Below, one piece after another: positions 1 to 8,450 of a DNA stretch of 52,405 nucleotides (the first letter of the stretch is position 1; the number at the start of each line of letters is the position of its first letter). A program made the translations under genes and the position numbers. The notes beneath the pieces are model-generated. The model was given only the letters and a program-made list of their open reading frames with translations. It was not told where the DNA came from and did not search any database. The stretch is from Pirellulaceae bacterium. GTDB lineage: Bacteria > Planctomycetota > Planctomycetia > Pirellulales > Pirellulaceae. The DNA lies in assembly GCA_041748895.1 (NCBI GenBank), contig JBGTCJ010000551.1, forward strand, positions 1-52,405, written 5' to 3'.

Positions 1-1
1 G

Positions 2-538
2 ATTGTCAGCACCTACACAACGGTTGGTCCCGCGTGGGGTTGGGCTCAGAATGCACCCTTCCGCCGCTACAAGAGTTGGGTTCATGAGGGCGGGATCTGC
101 ACGCCTCTGATCGTTCGCTGGCCGGGCAAGGTGAAGCCGGGAGGCATTACCCGAGAGATCGGGCACCTCATCGACGTGCTCCCTACGTGCCTCGAACTTG
201 CCCAAGCCGACTATCCTGCGACGGCGGATGGCAAGCCGACCGCACCGGTCGAAGGCCGCAGCCTACTTCCGGTTCTCCAGGGCCAATCGAGAACCGATCA
301 CGCCGCCATCTATTGGGAGTGGTCGGGCAATTCCGCGGTTCGCCAAGGCAGGTGGAAACTGGTTTGGGACAAACTGAATACGAACGGGCAATGGGAACTG
401 TACGATCTCGAGGCCGATCGCACGGAGATGAATGACCTGGCGACGGCGTATCCGGATCGGGTTACCGCCATGCGATCGGACTACGAATCCTGGGCCAAGG
501 CGACGGGCCGCCGTATCCCCAACCTCCCATCGAAGTGA
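2..538 (+). CDS. Type I sulfatase, C-terminal fragment (5' end outside window)
   Basis: The frame is open from the window edge (IVSTYTTVGPAWGWAQNAPFRRYKSWVHEGGICTPLIVRWPGKVKPGG...). The EGGI.TPLIV.WPG block and the WELYDL..D tail are typical of sulfatase C-terminal halves. The stop TGA at 536-538 overlaps the next start (ATGA). Confidence 0.8.
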   Translation: MVSTYTTVGPAWGWAQNAPFRRYKSWVHEGGICTPLIVRWPGKVKPGGITREIGHLIDVLPTCLELAQADYPATADGKPTAPVEGRSLLPVLQGQSRTDHAAIYWEWSGNSAVRQGRWKLVWDKLNTNGQWELYDLEADRTEMNDLATAYPDRVTAMRSDYESWAKATGRRIPNLPSK

Positions 539-2073
539 ATCACGCCATGAGCGACCCCTTTGGGCGGATCTTCTTTGCTCTGCTCGTCCAGGCGGCTTTG
601 ATTGGACAAGCCGCACTGGGACAAGGCTCCCGCGTCGCGCAACCACTCAACATCGTCTTCATCCTCGCGGACGATCTCGGTTGGGGCGAACTCGGTTGTT
701 ACGGCCAAGAGAAGATCCCCACGCCGAACATCGATCGGCTGGCCCGTGAGGGAATGCTTTTTACACAGCATTACAGCGGCGCTCCCGTCTGCGCGCCCTC
801 GCGTTGTGTGCTGATGACAGGCAAACATCTCGGCCATGCCGAGGTTCGAGGAAATCTCCAAGCAAAGCGGAATTTCCCCGAGTTCGACGAAGGACAACAT
901 CCGCTCACCGAGCAGGCCTTGACCATCGCCCAAGTGTTCCAGAGTGCCGGTTACGCGACCGGGGCGATGGGCAAATGGGGGCTCGGACCGGTTGGCAGCA
1001 CGGGAGATCCCAATCGAAAGGGATTTGAACTGTTCTTCGGCTACAACTGCCAGGCAGTCGCGCATAGCTTTTACCCTCGCCACCTTTGGAGAAATGCGGA
1101 GAAGGTCGAAATCAATACCAAGCCGATTCCTGGACATGCCAAGCAACCGGATGGCGAGGTGAAGTTGGAGGATTGGATCGGCGAGACCTACGCGCCGACG
1201 TTGATGATCGCCGAGGCCGAGACTTTCATCGACGTTCATCGGGAGCAGCCATTTTTTCTCTACCTGCCGTTTACCGAGCCGCACGTAGCGATGCACCCGC
1301 CGCGGGCCTCAGTCGAGCGGTTCCCCGAGCAGTGGGACAGCGAGGTTTATCGCGGAATGAATGCGTATCTACCGCATCCTCGCCCGCGGGCGGGGTACGC
1401 GGCGATGATTTCGGATTTGGACGGTTACGTCGGTCGCGTGCTGGCGGCGCTCGAATCCGCTGGCGTCGCCGAGCGTACCCTCGTGGTGTTTACCAGCGAC
1501 AATGGCACAACCCACGAAGGCCGCGCGGACCCGCGGTTTCACATCGGCGGTGCGGACGCCAAATTTTTCAACAGCACCGCCGGCCTTCGCGGCTACAAGG
1601 GAAGCGTCTACGAGGGCGGCATTCGGGTGCCGATGATCGCGCGACTGCCGGGACGCATCCCCGCCGGCGCGGTCAATGCCACCCCGAGCTATTTCGCCGA
1701 TTGGTTCCCGACACTTTGCGATGCCGCCGAGCTTGAGAAACCCCCGCGGCTGGATGGTGAAAGTCTTTGGCCCGCGTTGGTCGATGGCCAAGTGTTCGAT
1801 TCGCGGAAACCGATGGTTTGGGTGTTCCCTGAATACGGAGGCCAGGTGGCAGTGCGATTGGGCGACTTCAAACTCGTTCGCCAAAAACTGAAGACAAAAA
1901 TGCCAGGGCCGTGGGAAGTCTACGACCTGTCGCAAGATTTTTCGGAGGCCCATGACCTTTCGGCGTCCCGCCCGGACCTCATCGCGCAAGCCGAAGAGGT
2001 CCTGCGCAACGAGGTCGACGAGAATCTCCTGTTCCCCGTTCCGCTTCCCGGCATCGACAGACCCTCCGAATGA
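535..2073 (+). CDS. Type I sulfatase (arylsulfatase / N-acetylgalactosamine-6-sulfatase-like), exported
   Basis: 512-aa ORF with a hydrophobic N-terminus. It carries the DDLGWGELG metal-site start, the formylglycine signature C-A-P-S-R (SGAPVCAPSRCVLMTGK), TSDNG, and a WEVYDLSQD tail. Confidence 0.92.
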   Translation: MNHAMSDPFGRIFFALLVQAALIGQAALGQGSRVAQPLNIVFILADDLGWGELGCYGQEKIPTPNIDRLAREGMLFTQHYSGAPVCAPSRCVLMTGKHLGHAEVRGNLQAKRNFPEFDEGQHPLTEQALTIAQVFQSAGYATGAMGKWGLGPVGSTGDPNRKGFELFFGYNCQAVAHSFYPRHLWRNAEKVEINTKPIPGHAKQPDGEVKLEDWIGETYAPTLMIAEAETFIDVHREQPFFLYLPFTEPHVAMHPPRASVERFPEQWDSEVYRGMNAYLPHPRPRAGYAAMISDLDGYVGRVLAALESAGVAERTLVVFTSDNGTTHEGRADPRFHIGGADAKFFNSTAGLRGYKGSVYEGGIRVPMIARLPGRIPAGAVNATPSYFADWFPTLCDAAELEKPPRLDGESLWPALVDGQVFDSRKPMVWVFPEYGGQVAVRLGDFKLVRQKLKTKMPGPWEVYDLSQDFSEAHDLSASRPDLIAQAEEVLRNEVDENLLFPVPLPGIDRPSE

Positions 2074-2113
2074 TGCGAAGTGGTCTGCCGGAACGCGCCG
2101 CCAGGCGGCTGTT

Positions 2114-3811
2114 TCAAGGTTCGCCGCACCACGCGTTCCACTGTTCGTCGAGCCACTGAGGATCGGCCGCAGCATCCGTTACCAGATACCGATAGCGGCC
2201 CCGATAAGGATGTTGGCGGTCGATCGTAAACTCCCCATCGACACATGGTGAGAACACAAAATACGGCTTCGTCGGATGCAAGCGGGTCGTTTGGGGAGCG
2301 CGAAAGTTGTCTGCGTGACAAAGCACGGCGATCGTAGCGGTGCCGGCTGTCGTCTCTCCGGTCATCGCAACCCACTTGGCCCGTTGGTGGTTCCCGCCCA
2401 TGCGATCGGACCCAAGACTATTTAGGAACGAGCATGGATCGCCAGCGTGAACGTCGCCTGGCGTCGCGTCCTTGTCTTTGCTCGACAGCCAATCGACGGG
2501 GCCCCTCACCGCCATGCCACCGTAGTGATACTCCTGCACAATCAACGGAATCTCGGTCTGATTCTGCTGCGTCGTCTCGAGATCAAACGCGTGATAGCTC
2601 CCGTTGGTTGCGATCGCGGTAACCTTCCATCTTTCTCTGAGAATGTCGACGACGGGTGATGCCTCAGCGCGGTGAATCAGGTCGACTTCGAAACTGAGGC
2701 CGTGATCCGTTGCTGACGTGGCGACAACTCTCTGATGCAGCACTCGGCCTGTGCCCCCAGCGAGATTCCAGAAGTCGATGTCCCGTTGATTCCATGACGT
2801 CTTCACCCAAGCTGCAAAGATCCCATGTTGGTGCGGATGATCCTCGGGAAAGGTGGCCGTCACGATTTGCCCCGAGGGTGACATCACCGGATGCAGGAAG
2901 CCACTTCGCTCGTAAATCGGGTTCATACCCTGCGGGACCGGTGGCGATCGTTTGTTGTAAACCAGCACCGTTTTGCCGTGGCTTAACAATGTGATGCCGG
3001 CATCGTCCTCGCGGAGACTCAGCGGTCCGCTGGTGAGTTCGGCCGCCCCGGCCGGGGCAATAGTATAGGACTCGACCCTATCCAAATCGAAGCAAGGCCT
3101 CAGTTCGGGCAAGGCCTCAATCATCGACTGCACCACCAGAGCCGCGACCGCGCGACCGCCGTCCCGATTGAGGTGCGTGTGATCCGCGCCGTCGGCCGTC
3201 ATGGGTTCGAGCGCGCGAAAGGCCGAGGGTCCCATCTGCTCGCACTGCCGGATGCTCGCGGCATGCAGATCGATCAGCGGTACTTGCCTCTCGTTCGCAA
3301 CGACCGAGGTCGCCTCCGCGTAGGGGGCTAACGTGGGCTCAATCTTGTCGTCGGCGGTCCACCTACGCCGTGTCAGCGATGTCACCAGAATCGGTTGGAT
3401 ACCGGCGGCGCGAGCCTCATCCACGTACTGGCGGAGGTGTTCTCGGAATGCGCCCTCAGGGTCTGACTCGCGCGCGGGCCCCTTACCGGGCTGATCGTTG
3501 TGGCCGAACTGAATGAGCAAGTAGTCCGGCTTGAGGTCGAGGCATTGTTGCCACCAACCTTCGGCCCGGTAGCTACGAGAGCTGCGACCACCTTTGGCCA
3601 AGTTTGAGCAACGCGCTGGTGACGCCAGCAACTCAGCAAATCCCGCCCCCCAACCCGACCGGTCGGTGACCGTCGAATCGCCGGCAAGTACGAAGACGGT
3701 TGGCGTGACGGTCGGATCCTCCGACGTGACGACAGCTGCCCCCAATCCCAGCAGCGGACCGAATCCCAGCAGTGCGAGGATCAATCGACGGTAACCATAA
3801 ATGGGAGGCAT
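2114..3811 (-). CDS. Fusion protein: SGNH/GDSL esterase (rhamnogalacturonan-acetylesterase-like) + PmoA-like/DUF6807-type domain
   Basis: 565-aa ORF with a signal-like N-terminus. SGNH blocks are present: VLAGDSTVTD (Ser), AKGGRSS, QFGHNDQ, DHTHLN (Asp/His). The C-terminal ~300 aa (HPHQHGIFAAWVKT, DFWNLAGG, YHYGGMAVRG) matches my recollection of the PmoA-family/DUF6807 fold. Confidence 0.7.
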   Translation of the reverse strand: MPPIYGYRRLILALLGFGPLLGLGAAVVTSEDPTVTPTVFVLAGDSTVTDRSGWGAGFAELLASPARCSNLAKGGRSSRSYRAEGWWQQCLDLKPDYLLIQFGHNDQPGKGPARESDPEGAFREHLRQYVDEARAAGIQPILVTSLTRRRWTADDKIEPTLAPYAEATSVVANERQVPLIDLHAASIRQCEQMGPSAFRALEPMTADGADHTHLNRDGGRAVAALVVQSMIEALPELRPCFDLDRVESYTIAPAGAAELTSGPLSLREDDAGITLLSHGKTVLVYNKRSPPVPQGMNPIYERSGFLHPVMSPSGQIVTATFPEDHPHQHGIFAAWVKTSWNQRDIDFWNLAGGTGRVLHQRVVATSATDHGLSFEVDLIHRAEASPVVDILRERWKVTAIATNGSYHAFDLETTQQNQTEIPLIVQEYHYGGMAVRGPVDWLSSKDKDATPGDVHAGDPCSFLNSLGSDRMGGNHQRAKWVAMTGETTAGTATIAVLCHADNFRAPQTTRLHPTKPYFVFSPCVDGEFTIDRQHPYRGRYRYLVTDAAADPQWLDEQWNAWCGEP

Positions 3812-3927
3812 GCTGTTTCCCGAGTTTGTTGAATGATTGTGCGATTAAAAAGCAGAGGACTTATTTTGGATTTTCTAGACTCCGAGCGCGAGACGGACCG
3901 TGGACGGTGGCATCATGATTGTGAACC

Positions 3928-4497
3928 ATGCAACTTCACGCCTCGGATGGCGCAGTGATCACACCGACCAATTTACGACAGATTTGGGATGAGCACAGCG
4001 ACCGGCTGACGCTAATTGCCCGAACAATGGTCGATCGTGGCAACGCTCAGGACGCTGAGGACGCTGTTCAAGAAGCGTTCATCTCACTCGCGACCCAATC
4101 GGCCATGCCGGATGATCCGCTCGCGTGGTTGGTCCGCGTGACGCGAAACCAGTTGTTGCAGTGGCGTCGCAGTGAGGTTCGACGCCAGCGCAGGGAGCAC
4201 GAGCAGCAAGCGCAGACGAGCTGTCGAGTTTGGCTGGTTCATCCCCAGGTGGCTGTTGATCGCCGTTTGGATGCTTTTTCCGTGGTCGCGGCCCTCGCGG
4301 GGTTGCCGGAGGAGCAACGGCAGGTGATTGTCATGCACATTTGGGGTGAGATGACCTTCCAGCAGATCGCGGGCGTCGTGGATAGGTCGCGATCGAGTGT
4401 CCATCGGCTTTACAGCGCCGGGCTGGTGCAATTGAAACAGCGTTTTGACCCCACACCCGTCTTTCCTTGTGTCCCACCAACCGGAACGCTTCAGTGA
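3928..4497 (+). CDS. ECF-type RNA polymerase sigma factor (sigma-70 family, group 4)
   Basis: 189 aa. Region 2 is recognisable (DAEDAVQEAFISL ... WLVRVTRNQLLQWRR). Region 4 carries an HTH (EQRQVIVMHIWGEMTFQQIAGVVDRSRSSVHRLYSAGLVQLKQ). Confidence 0.88.
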   Translation: MQLHASDGAVITPTNLRQIWDEHSDRLTLIARTMVDRGNAQDAEDAVQEAFISLATQSAMPDDPLAWLVRVTRNQLLQWRRSEVRRQRREHEQQAQTSCRVWLVHPQVAVDRRLDAFSVVAALAGLPEEQRQVIVMHIWGEMTFQQIAGVVDRSRSSVHRLYSAGLVQLKQRFDPTPVFPCVPPTGTLQ

Positions 4498-5201
4498 TGA
4501 ATCCGATACCGTTTCCGCAGGATGATGAAGACTTCGCCCAATTGCTTCGTGAGCTTCATCCTGCCGCCACGCCGCTTGACCCGGCGATTGTCTTCTATCG
4601 CATGGGGCTCGAGGCCGGCTCTAGACAGTTAGGGCCCATTCATCAAAAGGCCGACAGGACGCGTTTGCTGGCCATGGTTGGCCTGCTGCTGGCTTTTTGC
4701 GTTTCGGCCGGTGTCGTTGGTCCCGTCAGCTACCGACTCGGTCAAGCGTCCACGGATCTCCAGAAACATTCCAGCGCGACCCGCGACCTCACGCTTCCCA
4801 CTGAACCGATGGCAGGTGAACCGATGATTGCGCCTCAACCTCCTCGTCCGCTTGCGTCGCCGCATGATGAAGTCGCGGGCTCCATTGAGTTCGTATGGCC
4901 ATGGACGCAGACCGCTGTTGTCAGATGGCTACTGGGTGACGAGATTCCGTACTGGTCAAACGAATCGAATGGAACATCACTCATCACTCAACGGTTGATC
5001 GCAGGTCGCAGCGGAGCCGATTGGATTGACGAGATGCCACGGGGAATCGGGCCGCGGAAAAGGGAGTCCGACCATCAGTGGACCCCTGACACCTCGAAAA
5101 GCCAACCGCGGCTAGGCGTGTTGCAAAACAACCCGCAGCAGCCCGCTCCGATGCGTGCGAGTGACTGGAAGGACATCGTGAATCGAAATGACATTTACTA
5201 G
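4497..5201 (+). CDS. Putative anti-sigma factor (single-pass membrane protein)
   Basis: The ATG at 4497 overlaps the sigma-factor stop (TGATG). A short cytoplasmic N-terminus is followed by one hydrophobic helix (LLAMVGLLLAFCVSAGVVGPV) and a non-descript extracytoplasmic tail. The call is mainly positional. The ORF track's alternative start at 4467 lies inside the sigma gene. Confidence 0.55.
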   Translation: MNPIPFPQDDEDFAQLLRELHPAATPLDPAIVFYRMGLEAGSRQLGPIHQKADRTRLLAMVGLLLAFCVSAGVVGPVSYRLGQASTDLQKHSSATRDLTLPTEPMAGEPMIAPQPPRPLASPHDEVAGSIEFVWPWTQTAVVRWLLGDEIPYWSNESNGTSLITQRLIAGRSGADWIDEMPRGIGPRKRESDHQWTPDTSKSQPRLGVLQNNPQQPAPMRASDWKDIVNRNDIY

Positions 5202-5211
5202 GCTGTTGATC

Positions 5212-6735
5212 ATGCAAAGAATTGTCCAGGCGACGCTACTTCCGTGGTTGCTTCTGCCCCTCATATGCGATGGTCCAGCCGAAGCGCAGGTGATGCTCTC
5301 TCCAGCGTTTCAAGAGGCGAATCAAGCCGCCGTCGCTGTGAATCGAGAGCCCGCGATCAAAGCGATTCGGCTCCATGCAGCGGGTGAACCGGATCCGGCC
5401 CTGCGCTATCGTTTCTGGCCTGCTGTGCGCGATCGCCGCAACGCCTCACCGCATCCGTTCGTTTCCCGAGCGTTACTGCTAGCCACACAGGCTGCGGCGG
5501 AGGCTCGCGCCCGTGATCTCAATTTTGTCACTTCCTACGAGCGAATCAGCGATCTGCCACTGGACCGTGTCGCCAGCGACGAAGTGCGGCAGTTTCTTGA
5601 TCAGTACGGAACGACCGCGCTGACGCAATTGTCTGAAATCGATTGCTTGATGGATACGACATACGACCTTCAGATCGAAGGTCGATCGCTCAGTGAGATT
5701 GTGAACATACTACTACCGGAAGTGCAGGAGTCGCGTCAGTTGGCGCGACTGCTTGCGGTCAGGGCGCGGTTGGCTATTGCTGAAAAACGGTGGGATGACC
5801 TAGTCACTGATGTGCGGACAGGCTTTCGGTTGTCTGAGATCATTGGTGATCTGGGGCCAACATTAACCAGTAAACTCGTTGGAAATGCTATCGCCAGCGT
5901 CATGCTCGCAGTCGTCGGGGAGGCGATTCAGCAGCCCGAATGCCCAAACCTGTACTGGGCATTGGCAAGCGTTCAAGGCCAGAACCTTTTTCAAGTCGAC
6001 GAGGCCATAGAGCTTGAGATCAGTAACATTGTCAATGTGCTGGATGTTGGGAAGCACCAGCGGATCGCCGGCGACGCGGACGAGGCGAGATACCGGCTCA
6101 TCTTCATGGTCGAACAAATTGGCCAACTCGATTCGGATTCGAGTGGTCGCGGCTTGGCCGCGCCCATCGCTCGGCTAATTGCGGGACTCTACGTTGTGGC
6201 GATGGCTGAACCGTCGAGAGATTTGCTAGCCGCATCGGCAGAGCATGCTGGTGATGTCACTGCATTGTCGATCTCGGAGACGGTTTTGCGGGCGACGCAG
6301 TTGCGACTGGTTCGGACCCGCGACGACTGGTTGAAGTGGATGATCCTGCCAGCCGAATTGGAGATTGACCTTGAAGAGAAGTTGTGGGCGAATCGATTAG
6401 ATCTGCGCACCGCTGATGCCGCCTCCATCATTGGATGGGGGACGTTCTTGCCTCTGCTGCAAGCGTCAAGGACTGCGTCCCAACGGCCCATCCAGCAATA
6501 TCACCTTTGGATGACGATGGAGGCGATGCGGATGCACGCCGCGGACAGCGGTGAACTGCCACAGTCGCTCGATCAATTGCACCCGGTGCCAGCCTTACAC
6601 GACAGCATCGCGCGCGGGCCTTTTCTTTATCAGCGCACTTCGGCGACGACAGCGACGTTGACCCACGCTCAGCGGTGGTCTGGAGACCGCGAAGCGACGA
6701 TGTCGATCGAATTGATTCGCAATGAATCACGCTAA
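5212..6735 (+). CDS. Hypothetical exported protein (unknown family)
   Basis: Long ORF in the ECF cluster. The ATG at 5212 gives a signal-peptide-like start (MQRIVQATLLPWLLLPLICDGPAEAQ). The in-frame start at 5188 overlaps the upstream stop. I recognise no motif. Confidence 0.6.
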   Translation: MQRIVQATLLPWLLLPLICDGPAEAQVMLSPAFQEANQAAVAVNREPAIKAIRLHAAGEPDPALRYRFWPAVRDRRNASPHPFVSRALLLATQAAAEARARDLNFVTSYERISDLPLDRVASDEVRQFLDQYGTTALTQLSEIDCLMDTTYDLQIEGRSLSEIVNILLPEVQESRQLARLLAVRARLAIAEKRWDDLVTDVRTGFRLSEIIGDLGPTLTSKLVGNAIASVMLAVVGEAIQQPECPNLYWALASVQGQNLFQVDEAIELEISNIVNVLDVGKHQRIAGDADEARYRLIFMVEQIGQLDSDSSGRGLAAPIARLIAGLYVVAMAEPSRDLLAASAEHAGDVTALSISETVLRATQLRLVRTRDDWLKWMILPAELEIDLEEKLWANRLDLRTADAASIIGWGTFLPLLQASRTASQRPIQQYHLWMTMEAMRMHAADSGELPQSLDQLHPVPALHDSIARGPFLYQRTSATTATLTHAQRWSGDREATMSIELIRNESR

Positions 6736-6779
6736 CGCAGGTCCGGTACCATTCGCCCTCTCATCACCAATGAATCGAA

Positions 6780-8357
6780 ATGAACCAAGCACACTCTGCC
6801 CGCACGCTGGTCATTGCACTGGCCTTGTTTCAAACGCTTCCCTGTGCGCTACGGGTAGGCTCGATCGCCCAGGCAGCTCAACCTGGGGGTGATCGACCTG
6901 CGGTAGCCCTAGGTTTCCCGCAACACTTGCTCGATAGATCTTCTGTGTTGTTGATCGATGTGGATTTGTCTGCGGTCGATGTTGCGAGTGTCGTCGACTG
7001 GAGCGTGCGTAGCGGATTGATCGACGAGCGGAGCCGTCCACGTGAACTCGTGACTGACATGGTCAGTGGCCTGATCAAATCGATGAGGACCGCGGGGGTG
7101 CAGCACGTCTACGTCTCGGTAGCGACACGTTCTGCGAGTGACGGTGGACCTCTGATGGTCATTCCATGTGAGGACGTCGCCTCGGTCGAGGGCACGGCGG
7201 CCATGCTGATCAAGAGCAGTGGCGCCGATTCCCTTTTGCAGGTCCGTAGTCAACCAAATTTGGTGTTGGTCGGTCCCTCATCGGCTCTGGATCGTCTGGC
7301 GGCCCAGGCAAGTGAATTTTTTTCTGAATCACGTGATGACCTCCTCGAACCGCTCGGCGGTGGTCCGAGGATGGATCATGTGGCGGTTCTCGCCTTTGCC
7401 GAAGCCTATCGACAGGAATTGATTGCCATTTGGCCCGATGAGTTTCCGGTCGCAGACGGAATCCAGCTTTCACCGCGGCAGATGGTCGAGGATATCCGGC
7501 GAATCAGCGTGGCTTGGAACCTTCCACCGAGGCCTTCGATTGAATTGAAGGTTGAGGCGAATAGCGACGCAGCTGCCGAACGGGTTCTTGAGAGTCTGCA
7601 AGTGATCCTGACTCACCTAGCCACCCTTGCGAGCAAACGGTTCGGTGCGGCGTCGACGGCAGAGATGCCGCGGTTTGAGCGGAGCGGCAGCGCTGTGAGA
7701 ATGAACGTCAGCTCGGGTGAAGTGGACGGTTGGGTCGCCAAGCTGTGGGAGGAACTGAGTTTGTGGGAAGAGCCCAGGGTTGGCGACCCAATGAAGCAGA
7801 TCGGCGTGGCGATGCATCGTTATCACGAAATTCACAATCATCTCCCGCCAAAGTATTTTGTGAATCCCGATGATGAGCCTTTGTTTAGCTGGTTGGTCGC
7901 CATATTGCCCTACCTTGAGCAAAAAGCTCTCTATGAGAGCTTCAATCTCGGTCAGCCCTGGGACGCGCCGGGTAATGCCCTCCCGAGCGGAACGGTGGTT
8001 CCGACCTACGCCGATGTGTTTGGCGAGGATCGGAAACAGACTCGCTTTCGACTGCCGGTCTTTCCTGGATCGGCGTGGGATGGTGATGGACCGCCGAGGT
8101 CGTTTCGCGAAATCACCGACGGCACATCCAATACGATTGCTGCGATTCATGCTCCTCCCGAAGCTGCGGTCGCCTGGGCCGATCCAACACCGTGGGTAGT
8201 CTCGCCTGACGATCCGGTAGGGGATGTCTTTGGAAAGCGCGATCAGGCAACGGCACTTTTCTTCGATGGATCGGTACGAACGTTGAAACGCGACGAAGTG
8301 GATGCAAAGCAGCTATCCGCGTGGTTGACCATCGCCGGTGGTGAGGTGGCGCCGTAA
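6780..8357 (+). CDS. Hypothetical exported protein with a C-terminal DUF1559-like domain lacking the prepilin leader
   Basis: 525 aa with a signal-like N-terminus (LVIALALFQTLPCALRVGSIAQA). Residues from ~338 parallel the two DUF1559 genes in this window: MKQIGVAMHRYHEIHNHLPP vs [18 protein letters not shown]; SWLVAILPYLEQKALYESF vs [17 protein letters not shown]; ITDGTSNTI vs ILDG.ANT.; FFDGSVRTL vs MADGAVKF. Confidence 0.7.
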   Translation: MNQAHSARTLVIALALFQTLPCALRVGSIAQAAQPGGDRPAVALGFPQHLLDRSSVLLIDVDLSAVDVASVVDWSVRSGLIDERSRPRELVTDMVSGLIKSMRTAGVQHVYVSVATRSASDGGPLMVIPCEDVASVEGTAAMLIKSSGADSLLQVRSQPNLVLVGPSSALDRLAAQASEFFSESRDDLLEPLGGGPRMDHVAVLAFAEAYRQELIAIWPDEFPVADGIQLSPRQMVEDIRRISVAWNLPPRPSIELKVEANSDAAAERVLESLQVILTHLATLASKRFGAASTAEMPRFERSGSAVRMNVSSGEVDGWVAKLWEELSLWEEPRVGDPMKQIGVAMHRYHEIHNHLPPKYFVNPDDEPLFSWLVAILPYLEQKALYESFNLGQPWDAPGNALPSGTVVPTYADVFGEDRKQTRFRLPVFPGSAWDGDGPPRSFREITDGTSNTIAAIHAPPEAAVAWADPTPWVVSPDDPVGDVFGKRDQATALFFDGSVRTLKRDEVDAKQLSAWLTIAGGEVAP

Positions 8358-8392
8358 TGGTTGCGTGTCGATCGACTCTCTGAATCGAGAGA

Positions 8393-8413
8393 ACACGGCT
8401 CGAAGAGCCGTGT
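8393..8413. terminator. GC-rich hairpin between convergent genes (possible bidirectional terminator)
   Basis: ACACGGCTC-GAA-GAGCCGTGT forms a perfect 9-bp stem with a 3-nt loop. It lies between the stop at 8357 (+) and the stop at 8451 (-). There is no clear U-tract. Confidence 0.3.
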
Positions 8414-8450
8414 GGAGGTTGTCACATCGACACCTTTTGACGCACAGCGA

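Noticed and set aside
481-1296. 271-aa ORF antisense to the sulfatase gene. Similar long antisense ORFs occur at 12106-13428 (440 aa), 13800-14684, 17505-18341, 27290-28063, 39452-40546 (364 aa), 43240-44400 (386 aa), 49400-50557 (385 aa) and 50954-51724.
   Set aside because: Each lies entirely opposite a gene with strong family motifs. Their translations are Arg/Gly/Pro/Asp-rich with no motifs. Long stop-free antisense frames are expected in GC-rich DNA.
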